From a virus, in IMG/VR virus record IMGVR_UViG_3300035152_000011: DNA of 64,000 bases. One strand, 5' to 3'. This document shows positions 63,701 to 64,000 of this stretch, in pieces. The notes under the pieces were generated by a model. It was not told where the DNA came from. It saw nothing but the letters and a program-made list of their open reading frames with translations, and made no database searches. The first letter of the stretch is position 1, and each line of letters opens with the position of its first letter. The position numbers were made by a program, and so were the translations under genes.

Positions 63701-64000
63701 AAGTTGCACAGCTCGTTTGGGTCCCGCTTGCAGTCGATGAAGCTCAGGATGTCAGGGTGGTCGATGCGCAGGATACCCATGTTGGCCCCGCGGCGCACAC
63801 CGGATTGCTTCACACATTCAGTGACATGGTTGTAGGCCCGCATGAACGAGACGGGCCCGCTGGCGATCCCGGTCGTGGACTTTACGAAATCGCCAGCGGG
63901 CCGCAGCCGACTGAATGAAAAACCGGTGCCTCCACCGGTCTTGTGGATCATCGCCATGTCTCGCAACGTGGTGAAGATCCCTTCCATCGAGTCTTCGATG
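60781..64000 (-). CDS. nrdJ: class II (adenosylcobalamin-dependent) ribonucleotide reductase with intein; N-terminus beyond window
   Basis: GGGTGFSFSRLRP, AVSK/TINLP active-site region split by the intein, C-terminal CPDC...CAKC Zn ribbon; ORF still open at the window end. Confidence 0.85.
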   Translation of the reverse strand, partial: IEDSMEGIFTTLRDMAMIHKTGGGTGFSFSRLRPAGDFVKSTTGIASGPVSFMRAYNHVTECVKQSGVRRGANMGILRIDHPDILSFIDCKRDPNELCNFNISVGVTNAFMKAVDEDTEYELVNPRTKEVTGTLRARDVWNHVVKNAHASGEPGLFFLDRVNELDPLAGAVGEVEACNPCGEVPLRPYDACDLGSINLANFYLDDAVGAKIDFKRLEEVIQDAVRFLDDVHDVNQYPVSQIHEQTRASRKIGLGVMGWADLLVKMGIPYGSQQALDLAEEVERFIATKAVEASEELAALRGPFPLFEKSKHFTNGRKHRRNATCTVIAPTGSISIIAGCSSGIEPLFAIVQTRKQADMEMVDVNPMFIEVAKREGFYSEELLERVKENGTVKDDPDVPSRWQRVFAIANEISPEYHIRMQAAFQRHVEDAVSKCLAAGTLIPTSMGLVPVESFSDVTADDTFQKLDQSVTTGGHRILSHYRLGIGRAVRIKLDNGAVLTGAEATHRVQTADGWKLMRDLKIGDVVLGRFMAAHGPGDATIQWSDEWHTNASRIATPKAMTPPLAEWLGMLCADGHTVESTGQVGLSCKDEEVEARFITLTNEVFNVSPRTVEDRRTGVRCVYLTSRNLVRYVEALIGKGAFEKRAPIQVLQGSADEKRAFLRGVTLDGYLVRGALCVYGGMSETLAYHVAELARSFGLPSVYQGHKGAPGGVFHYVILSNAAQEIVQCIEKHKNAQPASTSYKVLLDRAVLDQHVPTDHPHYGAVRSLRQETGRHYCTNRVAHAMGWSTDTPVYLVRAVEDAGLVEMFDIEVESAHEYVVNGIVSHNTINLPEGATVEDVEQAYRMAWDEGCKGITVYRDKSREGQTLTIGASIARPELHPIPTGVYDLLGQMVKTPTGKLSVKVGLDTNDRPFETWLAVSRAGTAVSADCEAIARLGSLVLRMDSPIKPERRLQLIADQLSGIGGGDSVGFGQDRVLSLPDGVAKALRSLAESLEARQAAKTITPVEALAKAVTAPPVAVKPSNGHSNGNGKSNGNGHKHRFGDICPDCHQVALYYGEGCAKCALCGFSRC
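61519..62700 (-). mobile_element. intein with LAGLIDADG homing endonuclease in nrdJ
   Basis: Starts CLAAGTLIPT after ..AVSK, contains LAEWLGMLCADG and KRAFLRGVTLDG, ends VVNGIVSHN followed by extein TINLP. Confidence 0.75.

Noticed and set aside
1-64000. Prophage boundaries, integrase, att sites, terminase, capsid
   Set aside because: Nothing in the window shows integrase, terminase, portal or capsid motifs or flanking direct repeats. The tRNA is internal to phage-like genes on both sides, so no integration-site call is made.

Overview
This high-GC window looks like a dense replication, nucleotide-metabolism and accessory region of a large phage or phage-like element. No capsid, portal, terminase or integrase was recognised.

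Recognised genes:
- a family-A DNA polymerase fused to an N-terminal family-4 UDG that carries a LAGLIDADG intein
- a class II (B12) ribonucleotide reductase, truncated at the window edge, with a second intein
- DinG and SNF2 helicases and a D5/P4-type primase-helicase
- the Cas4-like exonuclease / Sak4-like ATPase / DUF669 recombination triad
- thymidylate kinase, a Dam-like methyltransferase, a DnaQ-like exonuclease, NUDIX, CYTH, SLOG/YpsA, DUF4326 and DUF1653 proteins
- three mosaic tail-fibre-like paralogs, an RlpA-like secreted protein and a tRNA-His-like gene

Findings worth a second look:
1. A 12-repeat CRISPR-like array at 47190-47838 lies directly upstream of a 411-aa TnpB/Cas12f-like RuvC nuclease, with no adaptation genes. 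This is a candidate phage-borne minimal type V-like CRISPR system.
2. An 878-aa Major Vault Protein homolog.
3. A tandem array of five GNAT-like paralogs plus a distant sixth copy.
4. A palindromic operator, GATCG-N6-CGATC, recurs at eight intergenic sites next to a conserved leaderless promoter consensus.
5. A triplicated promoter/gene-start module.
6. Clusters of small lysine-rich basic proteins.

Many long ORFs antisense to these genes are GC-frame artefacts.
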